DNA from: Toensbergia leucococca
Lineage: Eukaryota
Assembly: GCA_022813965.1 (NCBI GenBank)
Contig: JALDZS010000119.1
Span: 54,709 to 74,708, forward strand
DNA length: 20,000 nt
Direction: 5' to 3'
Of the stretch, positions 1 through 11,096 are shown one piece after another. Numbering within the stretch: position 1 is the stretch's first letter; each line of letters begins with the position of its first letter. Made by a program: the position numbers and the translations under genes. The notes under the pieces were generated by a model that ran no database searches, was not told where the DNA came from, and was given only the letters and a program-made list of their open reading frames with translations.

Positions 1-310
1 TGTGCAGATCGAAGCCACATTGAGCTTGTGGCTTCCGAGTATCCCATAGGAGTGACACTGTTGATGTTTGTCGTGCCCGTTACACAACCTGGCCCGAGTC
101 CTATGCATCTCTCAACAGACGTCACCAATCACAAACATGGTCTTGTGAGCCTGTTCGAGTCATGAAGAATACACACGCGCTGCCATTACCTCCTGAAAGA
201 CTCATCATGAACAAAGCCACAAAATCTGCGACGATGCAGCTGAGTGACGCCTCGTCGCAACACCTTTGTAGAATCGGAGGGTCATCGATGATCATCATTT
301 TCTTTGTCCT

Positions 311-324
311 TGTGTGTGTGTGTG
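311..324. repeat. (TG)7 microsatellite
   Basis: tgtgtgtgtgtgtg read directly. Confidence 0.9.
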
Positions 325-1304
325 CCTCAGCTGCATCTTGAGTCTTTCGTCGAGAAAGGATGGTGTCATCTAAGGGCTGGATGCTCCCTCAAAGTCTCAG
401 TTCATACTCTGGTGCATATCGCAAAGTGTGCCATCCACCACTCGAGCATTCCCCCACATAATCTTGCCCCGTGGCTGTAACGAGGTCCTCAGCCTCGAGG
501 TCGGCATTAAAATGACCGTCCCGAGCAACGCCAGAGGCGTTCAGCTGAACCATCGCCAAGTAAACAAAACATTGCAAGTTCGAGAGAGAGGATGGAAAGG
601 ATCACAAGATCAAGCCTCTTCAGGGAAAAGCAATCAATCACATCCCAAATCATATCTTGCTTCTCAGCTCCTCAAAACATACACACTTCGCCAAGCTTTG
701 ACTAATTTACAAGTCTGCCACCTCCTATTCCCATCAGCAAATTCTTGAATACCAAGTCCAAGTCAATGAACCTTGAACGAGTCAGACCAACTAAGCCCAC
801 TTCTACAACCATCACAACCTACTCCGGTCTTCTTCCCACAGCCCTCTTACATCGAACCATCATCTCTAGCCTCAAATCATCAACAGCCACGACGCCGCAT
901 CCCTGTGACCTCTATGCCCTCCAACCTGAGCATTCCATCGGCCTTTCACGAAATCTAAATCCTCCCCCTCGACCGCCCTTCTCCCCCTCCGCACCCAATC
1001 AAGCTTCGTCTTATGATTGATAAGAAGGTGATAAAAGAGGCGTACATTCAAAGGGCTGAATACGAGAAGATTTCTAGCTAGCGATGGATTGGCACGGGTC
1101 TGCACAGTCGCATCATTCATGTTCGTGTATGAAAGTCCTGAAGTCATCCGATACTAATTGTCTGTTACCTATGCCATGACATCTATGGGTATAATATTGT
1201 TTGAGCTGAAATGAAGAGAAAAGGCATGCACAAAGGGTGGAGAACTCGAAAAACAGTAGAAACTGCTTCGAGACATGAAAAATTGACTAAAAGTCAACTA
1301 GGTG

Positions 1305-4300
1305 TTAGATCTCTTCCCAATTGGCTGTAGATAGAGGTTCCTGCTCCCCAGTTCTTGATGGCACAGAGACCCTTGTTCTCCTTTCAGGTCCCCTACCCTC
1401 AGGATGAGAAACACCAGGCACGACGCCATTGGCCATAAGACCGCTATTGACCAGAGTGTCTGCCGCTGTAGCTGACGACGCTGCAAGGGACTTGGCCTCC
1501 TTTTGCCTCTTCCTCCGAACCAAATCGCCCTTGATACCACGTAGGTAAACCTGAGCCAACTCTTTCAGCGCTTTAGGTTCTGAGCTTTGCTTGAGCTCTT
1601 GCAACATAATCTGCGTTTGTATTTCGTTCGATAGATGGGGACAGGTGCGCCCAGTCCCATAATGTGCAAGACCACACAATCCGCAATTCTCGTATCCAGC
1701 AATCTTAAGAGGGCAGAAGCCTGTCTTATGTATGCCATCACATGCAACACAAATTTTCTGCTTTCTTTTGCCTTTGATTTCATGTGGTGGTGGTTTTGGA
1801 ATTTCGACGCGTTGGAAAGGGCGAGCTACAATGAATTAAAACTTTTTAGCATGAGAGCTGGGAGAAGATGAACTCGGGTTTCATACGTTGCGAACTTTTG
1901 GGTGATTCTTGTGATCCCAATATCCTTCGTGAGGTGCGAGAATGCGCATCTTCCAATTCTTTCGGGGACACTGGCTCTTGTTCGCCATCCTCTTCAACAG
2001 TCTCATCCCCGTCGCTGCCCCGAGCCTGAAAATCTGTGTCGCTATCGGACTCTACCACGTATTCAGCTGACTTCGCCGCTTTCACCGGTGAATCAAGATG
2101 CACGTCCTGCTTGGCGTAGTCAACAGCCTAAAACTCGTCAGCAAAACATTGTTGAACTGTTGATAATGCCCTTACTTGACGTTTGCGCTTTCCTCTACCA
2201 AGTATCTCAGTCCTTGAGGCAGCGTCTTCTGCAGCCTCACGCTCTCGTTCTTTCAAAATCTTCTCCCAAATAGTTGGATCCACGTGTTTATCACCGTCTG
2301 AGCTGTCCTCGAGGCCATGTTCCAGGGTACCATTTTCATTAGCCCATACTCGGGCAAAGCTGAATTGGGATTCCGCAGAATTATCGTTGCCTGTCTGAGT
2401 GTTTTCAACTTGACTTCGATCAAGAAGCTTATCCACAGAAGCTGAATCGTACACAATGTCATGTGTATTATTGTCTTCAAATAGCGCTTCGGCCCCGTGC
2501 CGAAGTATGGATTCAAGATCAATGCCCGCATCATCACTTGCGTCCATTTGTTCAATCAAGACATGATCCAAAGCCATCTTCTTCTTTCCAATCTGCATGA
2601 TCTTCTCTTCAGCTGTTTCTCTCGTCATCAACTGAAACACAAGCACCTTCTTTTTCTGGCCAATCCGATGCGCACGAGAAAGTGCTTGAATATCTTGATG
2701 AGGATTGAAGTCCGGATCCAAGATGATGACTGTGTCGGCAGTCGCAAGATTAATGCCTACACCACCCGCTCGAGTTGAGAGCAGAAACGCAAAAAGAGGG
2801 GATTCTGGTGCATTGAACTCATCAATACGCTTCTGCTTCACCATACTACTAACGCTACCATCTAAGCGCTGATATCTTAAACTTAGTCCGTCAAGAAAGT
2901 CCTCAACCATATCAAGCATGTCAAGGAATTGACTAAAAATCAAAACCCTATGGTCGCGATCCTGTAGCTTGGGTAGTAGAACCTCAAGTAGCTGCAACTT
3001 TGAGGATGCTTCCACAAGGTTACGATGAGATATCGCAGCATTAGAGCTTCGCTCCTCAATAGCTCTGCTGTAGACAAAGGGATGGCAAAGGCATTTCCTG
3101 AGTTGCATGAGAATGTTGTTCAGGTTATGACGCTCGGTCTGCTTCAAGGACCTTTTGTCCCCACCAAATATGGATTTGATGAGCTCTGGATTTTTTGCAA
3201 GGATTGACTTGTACAATTTCTTTTGAACTAAGCTCAGCGTCACTGGTACGATGATCTGAGCCATTGCAGGTAGAAATGTGAGGACTTGAGCTTTGGTTCG
3301 TCGAAGAAAGAAGGGGCGAAGGAGCTCATGCAATTGAGGTACATTTTCCTTCGTTAATGTGGCGTACTCTATTTCCAGCGCCTGAGCATCCACAGAAGTG
3401 TCTAGAAACTGAAGAAGATTGAACAACTCTCTTGGGTTGTTTTGAAGGGGCGTACCGGTCAGCAGCACTTTGAATGGGGCTTGGAGTGTACTAAGTGCTG
3501 TATAAAGAATATTCTTATCATTCTTGAGTCGCTGACCCTCATCCACGATAAGTCCCGCCCACGCAATATCGCGGAAAACCTTGTGAAAAGTATCATCTTG
3601 GGCGGCATCATAGGAAGTGACAACGACGTGGCATCTAAGGTCTTTGGCATTTCCAGGGAAAAGCTCATACTTCTGAGAGAGTCTTCGCGCCTCGGAAGAC
3701 CCGAAGTAAGTGACAACCCGAAGTGATGGTGCCCATTGCTTTATCTCTCTCCTCCAATTTGCACAGGTTGAGTTCGGAACGACGATGAGAAAGGGCCAGC
3801 AATTGTGTACTTGCTTTAGTGTGGTCAGTATCCCAATGACTTGAATGGTTTTACCAAGCCCCATTTCATCTGCGAGGATTGCGTTTTGAAGCCGGTGCCA
3901 TTGACAGTAGAGCCAATTCAAGCCTTCTCGCTGGTAATCCATGAGTTTACCTCCAGTGAGGGTATCAGGTTGAGCCTTGAGTTCAACAAACTTTTGAGAC
4001 CTGATTCTCTTCACGTGTAGTTGAAGGTTGTGTTGACTGGGCATATGGACATACTTTCCATGAACCCAATCATCGTAGGCCATTCTGAAGTCTGCCCATC
4101 TTTCTGCATCCTCCGGCTCAGGAGGCTCTTCCCACACGACATCTTCATACCCAAGGCCCTTGAATTTTACGAGAGCAGTTTGAACCTCTTTGATGCGAGC
4201 AAGGTCAACTTTTTCGGTGTGTAAATTGACGACATTGGTGTACTTCACATCTAGCACGATATCAACACGTAAGAACTCCTCCGGAATGGCATCTTCAGTT

Positions 4301-6155
4301 TGCATTCTTGGCAGATTCGTCCCCTTATTCCGTCTGGCAAAGGCTTTCCTCATAGGTGGGGTTGTGATGCCCCAAACCCATGCTCCTGGCATCCAAGATG
4401 TTCTAAAGTAGGACATTTGCTTCCATCGAATTAAGTATTCTTTTTGATCTTCGTCTATCATTTCAGTAGAGTAACCAGGAATGTAACTCTCCTCGTCAAT
4501 TGGACGCCATGCAACCAGGGACCCGACCGCAGCCGGGGCCTGTACGCAGTCATTGCAATACCAATCTCTGCAGTATTCAGTGAAGCGGCGAGCAGCCATG
4601 TCTTCATCGTTTGAGGTTTCAACTGACTCACGAGAGGGCAGGTGGTTCATATGGAAGGCTCGATAGCAGGCCGTACAGCGGAATAAAACGTTGTTGATGT
4701 TGTTGATCAGATTTGAAGAGACTTCAGCAATTGGATCGATGCCATCGTTGCTTTCTCTATCCTTCTCTTCTTGTTTTGGGGTTTTTCGCTCCCGAAAAGG
4801 TTGGCAGGAAAGGCCGACTTCACGACAGACTTGACACTCTCCTTGTCTAGGTGCTGTAGACTCCTTTTTCCTTGCGCATCCAATGCATCTTCGGCACTGC
4901 AAAACGAAGTTCTCATCTCCAACCTTCGTCACAAGATGTTCACGGGCGTTACGTGGTCCGAGGCATTTTTGATGGTAAGATACTGTACAGCCCTGACAAT
5001 TCACTAACCGGCCTTTATCTGAGCTGTTGCCATATCCATCGCAGGTATCGCAGATTTGCGAGTGACGAAGACTGAACTCATTGGCTTTGTGTAGATCTTT
5101 GAAAATCTCTTTGGCGCCAATAGCTTTCGTAGAGCCTGTCGTGGAGGTAGCTTCTGGGATGTCATCTTCGCCAATTTCGCGAAGACTCCCTACCTTTCTT
5201 CTCTTTCTGCCAGACCTTCGAGTCGCTTCCGCAGCGGGCTCCTCTTCGCTCTCATCCACGTCATATTCGTCAGACTCAGGGAAATCAGCATAGCTGAGCC
5301 GCGCGTTAGCAGTGGATCGTGTCGTACGTATGGCTTGAGATCGGGTAGGCCGTCTACGCGCAGCAGACCCAGAACTTTCACTGCTCATCGAAATTGATCT
5401 TGATAATCTTCCAGAGCTTGATTTGTGGCTAGGCTGTGTGGGCTTGGGACCACTTAAAAGTCGCCTTTTTTTAGGGGGATGAGATAACGAGGAGACCAAG
5501 TCATCCTCAGATGATAGATCAACTTCCGTGATGTCGACAAATCCACCGTCTCTTCGCCGCGTAGCCTGAGCTTGCCTTGTTGACACCATGTTCGATATCC
5601 GAGACGATCGGGATCTGGATCGTGGGGTGGATGACTGTTTGCTGAATCGACCTTGCCTGAAATGACGAGTGAGAGTCTTCTAGATGAGGCGCAAGTTGAT
5701 CTATGTCAGATGAAAGGACTCTACAAGATGAGGTGAAGAGGTGAAGTTGTTTGCATAGCATAATGAAGTAAATGGTGATAGGTTCATCACCACATTTAGG
5801 GCTAACTCACTTTTGTTTTGCTGCCTTCATCTTGAAAAATTCGGTATTCCCATCGCCGTTGCACTGGTGGGACTATAACACTGATGCCAACTACGAGGTC
5901 TGTATTAAGGGCCTCGTATGTGACCGTAGGTGGAGTGGAAGTGCTTCTTTGAGACACAAAGAGAGGCGAGAAAGATAGAGTCTCTGATATGCTCTCCTGC
6001 CTGTTGGATTCTACCGAGTGTCTTTTGATAGAGCTCTCTAATATATCTCCATCTTCTAACGACCCGTACTTTTTTTCAACGGCATCCACAAGCTGGTCAC
6101 CATTTCCACCATTCTCAGAAGTTCGTAGCTTCATTTCTGCAATGTACTCTGGCAT
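1305..6155 (-). CDS. mit1: CHD/Mi-2-family ATP-dependent chromatin remodeller, Mit1 (SHREC/NuRD-like complex subunit), about 1536 aa, 4 exons
   Basis: Proposed exons: complement(5811..6155, 2176..5679, 1887..2127, 1305..1825). Introns: 5680-5810 (GTGAGT..CTGAC..CTAG), 2128-2175 (GTAAGG..GCTGAC..TTAG), 1826-1886 (GTATGA..TGTAG); all phases join. Domains: PHD finger (CDTC..CQGC..YHQKC..CRRC), a second Cys/His cluster, chromo-like regions (EYLIRWKQMSY..SW; LVKFKGLGYEDVVWE), SNF2 ATPase (ILADEMGLGKT, DEGQRLKN, TGTPLQN, LLSTRAGGVGINL, QALSRAHRIGQ), and a C-terminal Zn finger CVAC..H..CPLK..CGLCGLAH..CPH (1635-1751) visible only after splicing. The first exon is less certain than the rest. Confidence 0.9.
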
Positions 6156-6553
6156 AATCAGGTGGAAATGCTAGGAATGGGTCGTAGAGTATCTACGAGG
6201 CTCACCGAGAGAAAGAAAGGCTCGGTGGTGGAGGAAATGTGGGCACGATCTGAAAGCAACGAGAAGCTCCACGGCAAGCTGAATGATGTGTTAGCCCAAA
6301 AATATATGTGTAATAGTATCATAATGCAACAATTGCAGCTCTATTTTTACGAAACAATAGGACCTACCAATATGGCGGTCCACAGCAGGGTCTGCTCTGT
6401 GGAGATGCTCAGGTATCTTACTACCTCGACGCGCACAATTGAGTGGTGGACGATTTTTTACGTCAGGGACGCGATCCTTGCACAAATATTTCGACAGCTT
6501 TTGAGCTTGCATTGACTTTTATCATCACAAGAGTTAAAAAACCAGCGTTTATA
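6156..6553. promoter_or_regulatory. Short (about 400 bp) divergent intergenic region, probably a shared promoter for mit1 and MRM1
   Basis: Inferred from the head-to-head start codons at 6155 (-) and 6554 (+). No specific element identified. Confidence 0.55.
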
Positions 6554-8433
6554 ATGCACAGAGCTCTGAATGTAGTTCAAGAGTGCCTTGCAGTTCGATC
6601 CCACCCAAAGCCTTGGACCTCACAACGATTTATATCGACAAATACAGCCATCCACCGAGGAATCAGGAAATCAAGAGATGGACCTGGTACGCGATATCAA
6701 GGCCATAGGAACGAGGCATTCCAGTCCGAGCACGGACCTCCTAGGGAGCGGCTTCGACGGCCCAACCACCAACAGAGACAAGATGTTGAGGATATGGAGG
6801 AATCCGCAAGGATGAATGTCGATCGAATGTCTGCCAAGAAACGAAATTACCTACAGGGAGGATCAAGAGAGAGGATGGAGTTTTCTCGAAGAGGGTCATC
6901 GGACCGGAATACTCGCCGTCCTAGTGTCAGAGAGTCCACCGGCAGAGACTTTTCTAGAAGAGCAGGCGGGTATGAGAGTACTAGGCCTCCTACTTCTACA
7001 TCATTTGCGTCTGACAGAGGACATCGAGCAGATCTACGCGATAGCTCGAGAAGAACTAGCAGTTTTCCTGATAGGTCTATGAGGCAAGAGTCTACCGAAT
7101 TGAATGACGAATCCTTTGAACGTGAGCCACACAAGGTTAGTAGAGAAACTTCTTCGCGACAACGCTCCTACCGCCTGGGCGACGATGATACACCAGAGGA
7201 TGCAAGGATATCTGATCGCCCAAGGGGAGGAGCATCTCGTGGTCGTGAATTTGAACATTTCTCACGCCACGATGAAGGGGAATCATTTGAGCGAAAGTCA
7301 AAGGATCCTTTATCCATACCGTACACGACACCGGCATCTGAATTCTTGTATGGCACTTCTGTCATTACTGCAGCTCTAAAATCCTCGAGAAGAAAACTGT
7401 ACAAGCTCTATATCTATGATGGGCAGAACAGAGAAGTCCAAGCTCAAGATGCATCGATACGGAAGTTAGCCTTCGCAAAAGGTGTAACGGTTCACAGAGT
7501 TCAGAGAGACTGGCTACGATTTATGGATAAAATGAGTAATGGACGGCCTCACAACGTAATTTCATCTAAAAATCTATAGATTTACTACCTTCTGAATATT
7601 TCTAACCTGGGACAGGGCTATATCCTCGAATCGTCTCCATTGCCAAAGCTACCAGTTTTTGGTCTTCAGCATGTGCAGAAACAGCAGGATAACTTTGGGG
7701 TCTCATTAGACCATCAGTCCTCGGAAGAAGCAGCAGTGAACGGAAACAATTCTCTTGTCAAATATAACGGGAGTTCCTCTCGGTATCCTTTCATTGTTTT
7801 GCTAGACGGCATTGTAGGTAGCTCCAAGGTGGACCAAGGAGAGAAAATGTGACTAATCATGAATAGCTTGATCCTGGAAATCTTGGAGCTATCTTGCGTA
7901 CTGCTTATTTCCTTGGAGTTGACGCGCTAGCAGTTTCAAATCGAAATTCTGCTCCCTTTACTCCGGTTGCATTAAAAGCCTCGGCTGGGGCTTCAGAGAA
8001 TCTACCGCTCATGACAGTCAGCCAACCCGGAGCATTCATCGACGAATCTCAGAAAAACGGGTGGAAATTCTACGCCGCAGTCGCCCCAAGCGTATCTACA
8101 GGTCCCACGAATTCTAAAAACCACAATGGCACCAAAACCCCTTACTTTTCTACATCGAATTTCAACTGTCCCCTCAAAACCCATCCTTGTGTGTTGATGC
8201 TCGGCGGAGAGGGCGAAGGGTTACGCTGGAACTTGCAGAAGAAGGCAGATTATCTGCTCGGGGTGGACGGGTACAGAGTTGGTCTTGGAGGTGTAGACAG
8301 CTTGAATGTCAGTGTTGCTGCAGGGCTGTTATGCGAGGCCTTTATGCGAAAGCCAGTGCAGTCTCCTGTGGGCGTGATAGAGGCATCGCGCGAAGAAGAT
8401 GGTCGTGTCGATAGCGAGAATCGTCTGTTCTAG
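6554..8433 (+). CDS. MRM1: Mitochondrial large-subunit rRNA 2'-O-methyltransferase (SpoU/TrmH SPOUT family), about 588 aa, 3 exons
   Basis: Exons 6554..7555, 7616..7813, 7867..8433. Introns GTAATT..CTAAC..CAG (60 nt) and GTAGGT..CTAAT..TAG (53 nt), both phase 0. Spliced motifs: SEFLYGTSV, GRPHN|GYILE, LLDGI|LDPGNLGAILRTAYFLG, KASAGASE, LGGEGEGL, DSLNVSVAAGLL. The basic N-terminus resembles a mitochondrial presequence. Confidence 0.93.
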
Positions 8434-9417
8434 GCAGGATTGCTCTATCTTGTACAATATGTGCCTCCAGATTTCGAAGCGATTTCTATATATTTGTCGG
8501 TTGAGTAGGACATCTGCGAGCGGTACAATAGCCCGCTCAACAGCCGTTCAATATTGGGATACTCGAGTTAGAGCAAGCATGTCTCTAGTAGAGAATAGCA
8601 GTCTGCAAAATACAAAGGCTGGTAAATCGTCAAAGTCCACTTCAATCCTATACTCGTATCCCTCCGCCCAAGATATCCACGCATTTTCTATCATAGTGAT
8701 TCAGTCGAATCTCGAGGACTTGAGACACATGCTGAACCTGATTTTCTCTCGGCTTGTACTCGTACTTGACTCACATGTATTCATGATTTAGCATGAGCCA
8801 TTTGGCTAAAACATTGTGTGTAATGGCACTGGCGACAAACCTTGTCTCGTGTCTAAAATAAGGTAAGATAGTAGGAGACGCTAGACTGGACCTGGCTTAG
8901 AATAGCGTTTCTGTCAGGCGGATGGCTGCAAATGTCAAAAACGGATGACACGTTTGTTACTTGCTATTTGACTTAATTGCTTTTCTTTTGCTCTAGAACA
9001 CCAGCAAGACCGTCACAGTATCAATTTAATACATGCCTCATCCGTTGCTTCCTCTTTACACGTCTGCGAGTACTCTTCTCGTTGAATTGAAAAGAATCGT
9101 CTCTCTCCAGTCTCTCTGATGCGGCCCAGCTCCAGCTGCTAACATTTTCTTGACTGACTTTTCTTGATGCCTCAATCCAACATTCCTCAGTCTCTTCCGG
9201 TTGCTATGTTATGTACTCCAACAGTCCCTTATTAACCCTTTGCTAGTGCTGCGCCCGGTTGAGGCGATTTTGTTTATGGAGGTTTGTATGCTGTCGCATA
9301 CGTGTTTTTGTTGCACTATCAAGCCACCTGTACCTCTCACACTTGCTCTTCCAACTTATTGAAGACGCTGTTCACCATCGTGACAATGTTCAATCCCTCG
9401 CCCAGGAGATTGACAAA

Positions 9418-10582
9418 ATGCTCGTCAATTTAAGAAGCGTCGCACAGAGAGCTGATGTAATTCTCTTATTTCTTATTGCCTTTACCGTCTGGGAATTATA
9501 TGATATAAATGCTCCTCTTCTAAGGAATCATTTCTCGTCAATTGACTTAAGCGCTGGAAATGCTACTCTGGGGGTAGAAGAAGTCCGTTGAACCCGCAAA
9601 TACATAGCCATCTGACGAAACCCTAGTTCGGAGATATTTTTGTCGTGTCCCCTAATAGATCTCTTGGAGGAGAAACCATCTGGAGGCTAGATGGCATGAT
9701 GAAAGCAGCCAATCTCACAGGACTAGAGCTTCAAGTTCCTTCACAGCCTAAGTTCAACCATGAGGACGTGCTGTCAGCATTCACGAAACAAGCTTTGGAG
9801 CGGGAGAAAGGACGGGAGGTGGCTGCCTACCTACGTCTAGCACATCTAGATATTGTACGACAGTAGGGTTACCTTGGATTGGTGTCATCGCTTAGGCTAA
9901 TCGAATCAACAGAATACACGCTGCTGACTATAGTTCCGCTCTAATTCTCGAAAACGATGCTGATTGGGACGTCGCTATACGTGACGAAACGCTAAATATA
10001 GCCTCAGCCATTCGAAACCTCACGTACGCAGAGACTAACGATCCTTGGGGCGAGAACTGGGACCTTCTTGCTCTGGGTCATTGCGGTGGAGGAAAAGTGG
10101 AATCTGACGAAAAGCTAAGTGCCATCATCGACGATCCAACCGTCGGCCCCGTAGCGGACTATCTAGCTATCTATGGACCGCAGCGCGACAGACCAGAAAA
10201 TAGTCGGTTTGTGCATTACACTCAAGGTTGTGTATGCGCATACGGCTATGCCATCTCGAGGAGAGGAGCCAAGAAACTATACGATTTCTTATCAAAACCC
10301 GGTGGGCTCTTGGATATGGATATTAAGGCTTTCTGCCGGGATGCGCAGGTAGATTGCTGGACGGTCACGCCGGAGATCTTCCATCACCAAAGATGGACGG
10401 GCCATGTAACGACGTCTGGTGGAGACAGCCATGGGGCTCTGGAAGAAGGCGAAGTTTCGGAGAAGTTCACTGTCAATATCCAACACAGCGCTCGGTGTAA
10501 CGCCGAGCAAGAGCGGTCGAATGGGGAATTGATACAGTGTTTCCCGTATGGCAAGGCAAAAGAAAAGTATCATACCAAATGA
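9418..10582 (+). CDS. Glycosyltransferase family 25-like type II membrane protein, about 353 aa, 3 exons
   Basis: Exons 9418..9573, 9627..9862, 9913..10582. Introns 9574-9626 (GTAGAA..CTGAC..TAG) and 9863-9912 (GTAGGG..CTAAT..CAG). Splicing yields motifs typical of fungal GT25: an N-terminal hydrophobic anchor, AGNATLG|FGDIFVVS, AHLDIVRQI, SALILENDADWD, PWGENWDLLALGHC, VCAYGYAISRRGAKKL. The start codon is uncertain. Confidence 0.8.
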
Positions 10583-11096
10583 ATCAGGCTTCAGGAGTTT
10601 TGAAATACAGGAGTCAAGACCCAAGCACGCTAAAAGCAAGTCTGGAGGGCCAGCATGATTTGATCTACGAGTATGCTTATGTTTTGAATCCAATTTGATG
10701 TATTACCACCTTAGATGTGTCAATGACCATAGGGTATGGAACAAGAGTCAACAGAGATCTAGCCCCAGGTCTCACGCCCCACCGGTCATGGTCAAACATC
10801 TGACCACCAATATGATGGCGGTCATGTACGAGTACGAGTAAGAATGAAGGAGGTACGCTCGTAGGGCACGTGCTATGAATACCTAACTCGTACGAGTATC
10901 TACCTTACCTGCTCGTGCTCGTAGGCAGACTTTAGGTTTTGCACATGTAGACTACTGCAGATTGGCTCTAGTAATCTGCTTGCAACTGCTTCTTCTGAAA
11001 CTCACTTATACAATCCTCTAATTCGGTACCCATATATTAGTTCCTCTTTACACACAACAGGATGTCTACTTTGATGTATATAAATTAATATTCTTC

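Noticed and set aside
3530..3545. Walker B reads DEGQ rather than DEAH/DEGH in the SNF2 ATPase
   Set aside because: The catalytic D-E pair is intact and, as I recall, DEGQ is the usual form in fungal Mit1 proteins. It is not evidence of inactivation.
2183..5381. Many 60-100 aa ORFs antisense or frame-shifted within mit1 (and similarly within MRM1, GT32 and the CCCH gene)
   Set aside because: Shadow ORFs of real coding sequence, with no motifs and mostly non-ATG starts.
6443..6553. ORF-track extension of MRM1 upstream to a GTG at 6443
   Set aside because: This is a eukaryotic gene. The first in-frame ATG is 6554 and gives a plausible mitochondrial presequence.
6700..7300. Long Arg/Ser/Asp/Glu-rich region in MRM1 as a possible fused domain
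   Set aside because: Low-complexity and probably disordered N-terminal extension, with no domain signature.
8399..8791. 130-aa ORF overlapping the MRM1 3' end
   Set aside because: Overlaps the MRM1 stop and 3' UTR, and is not protein-like.
10800..10930. Repeated words as a CRISPR-like array or MITE
   Set aside because: No regular repeat-spacer periodicity, terminal inverted repeats or target-site duplication, and the context is eukaryotic.
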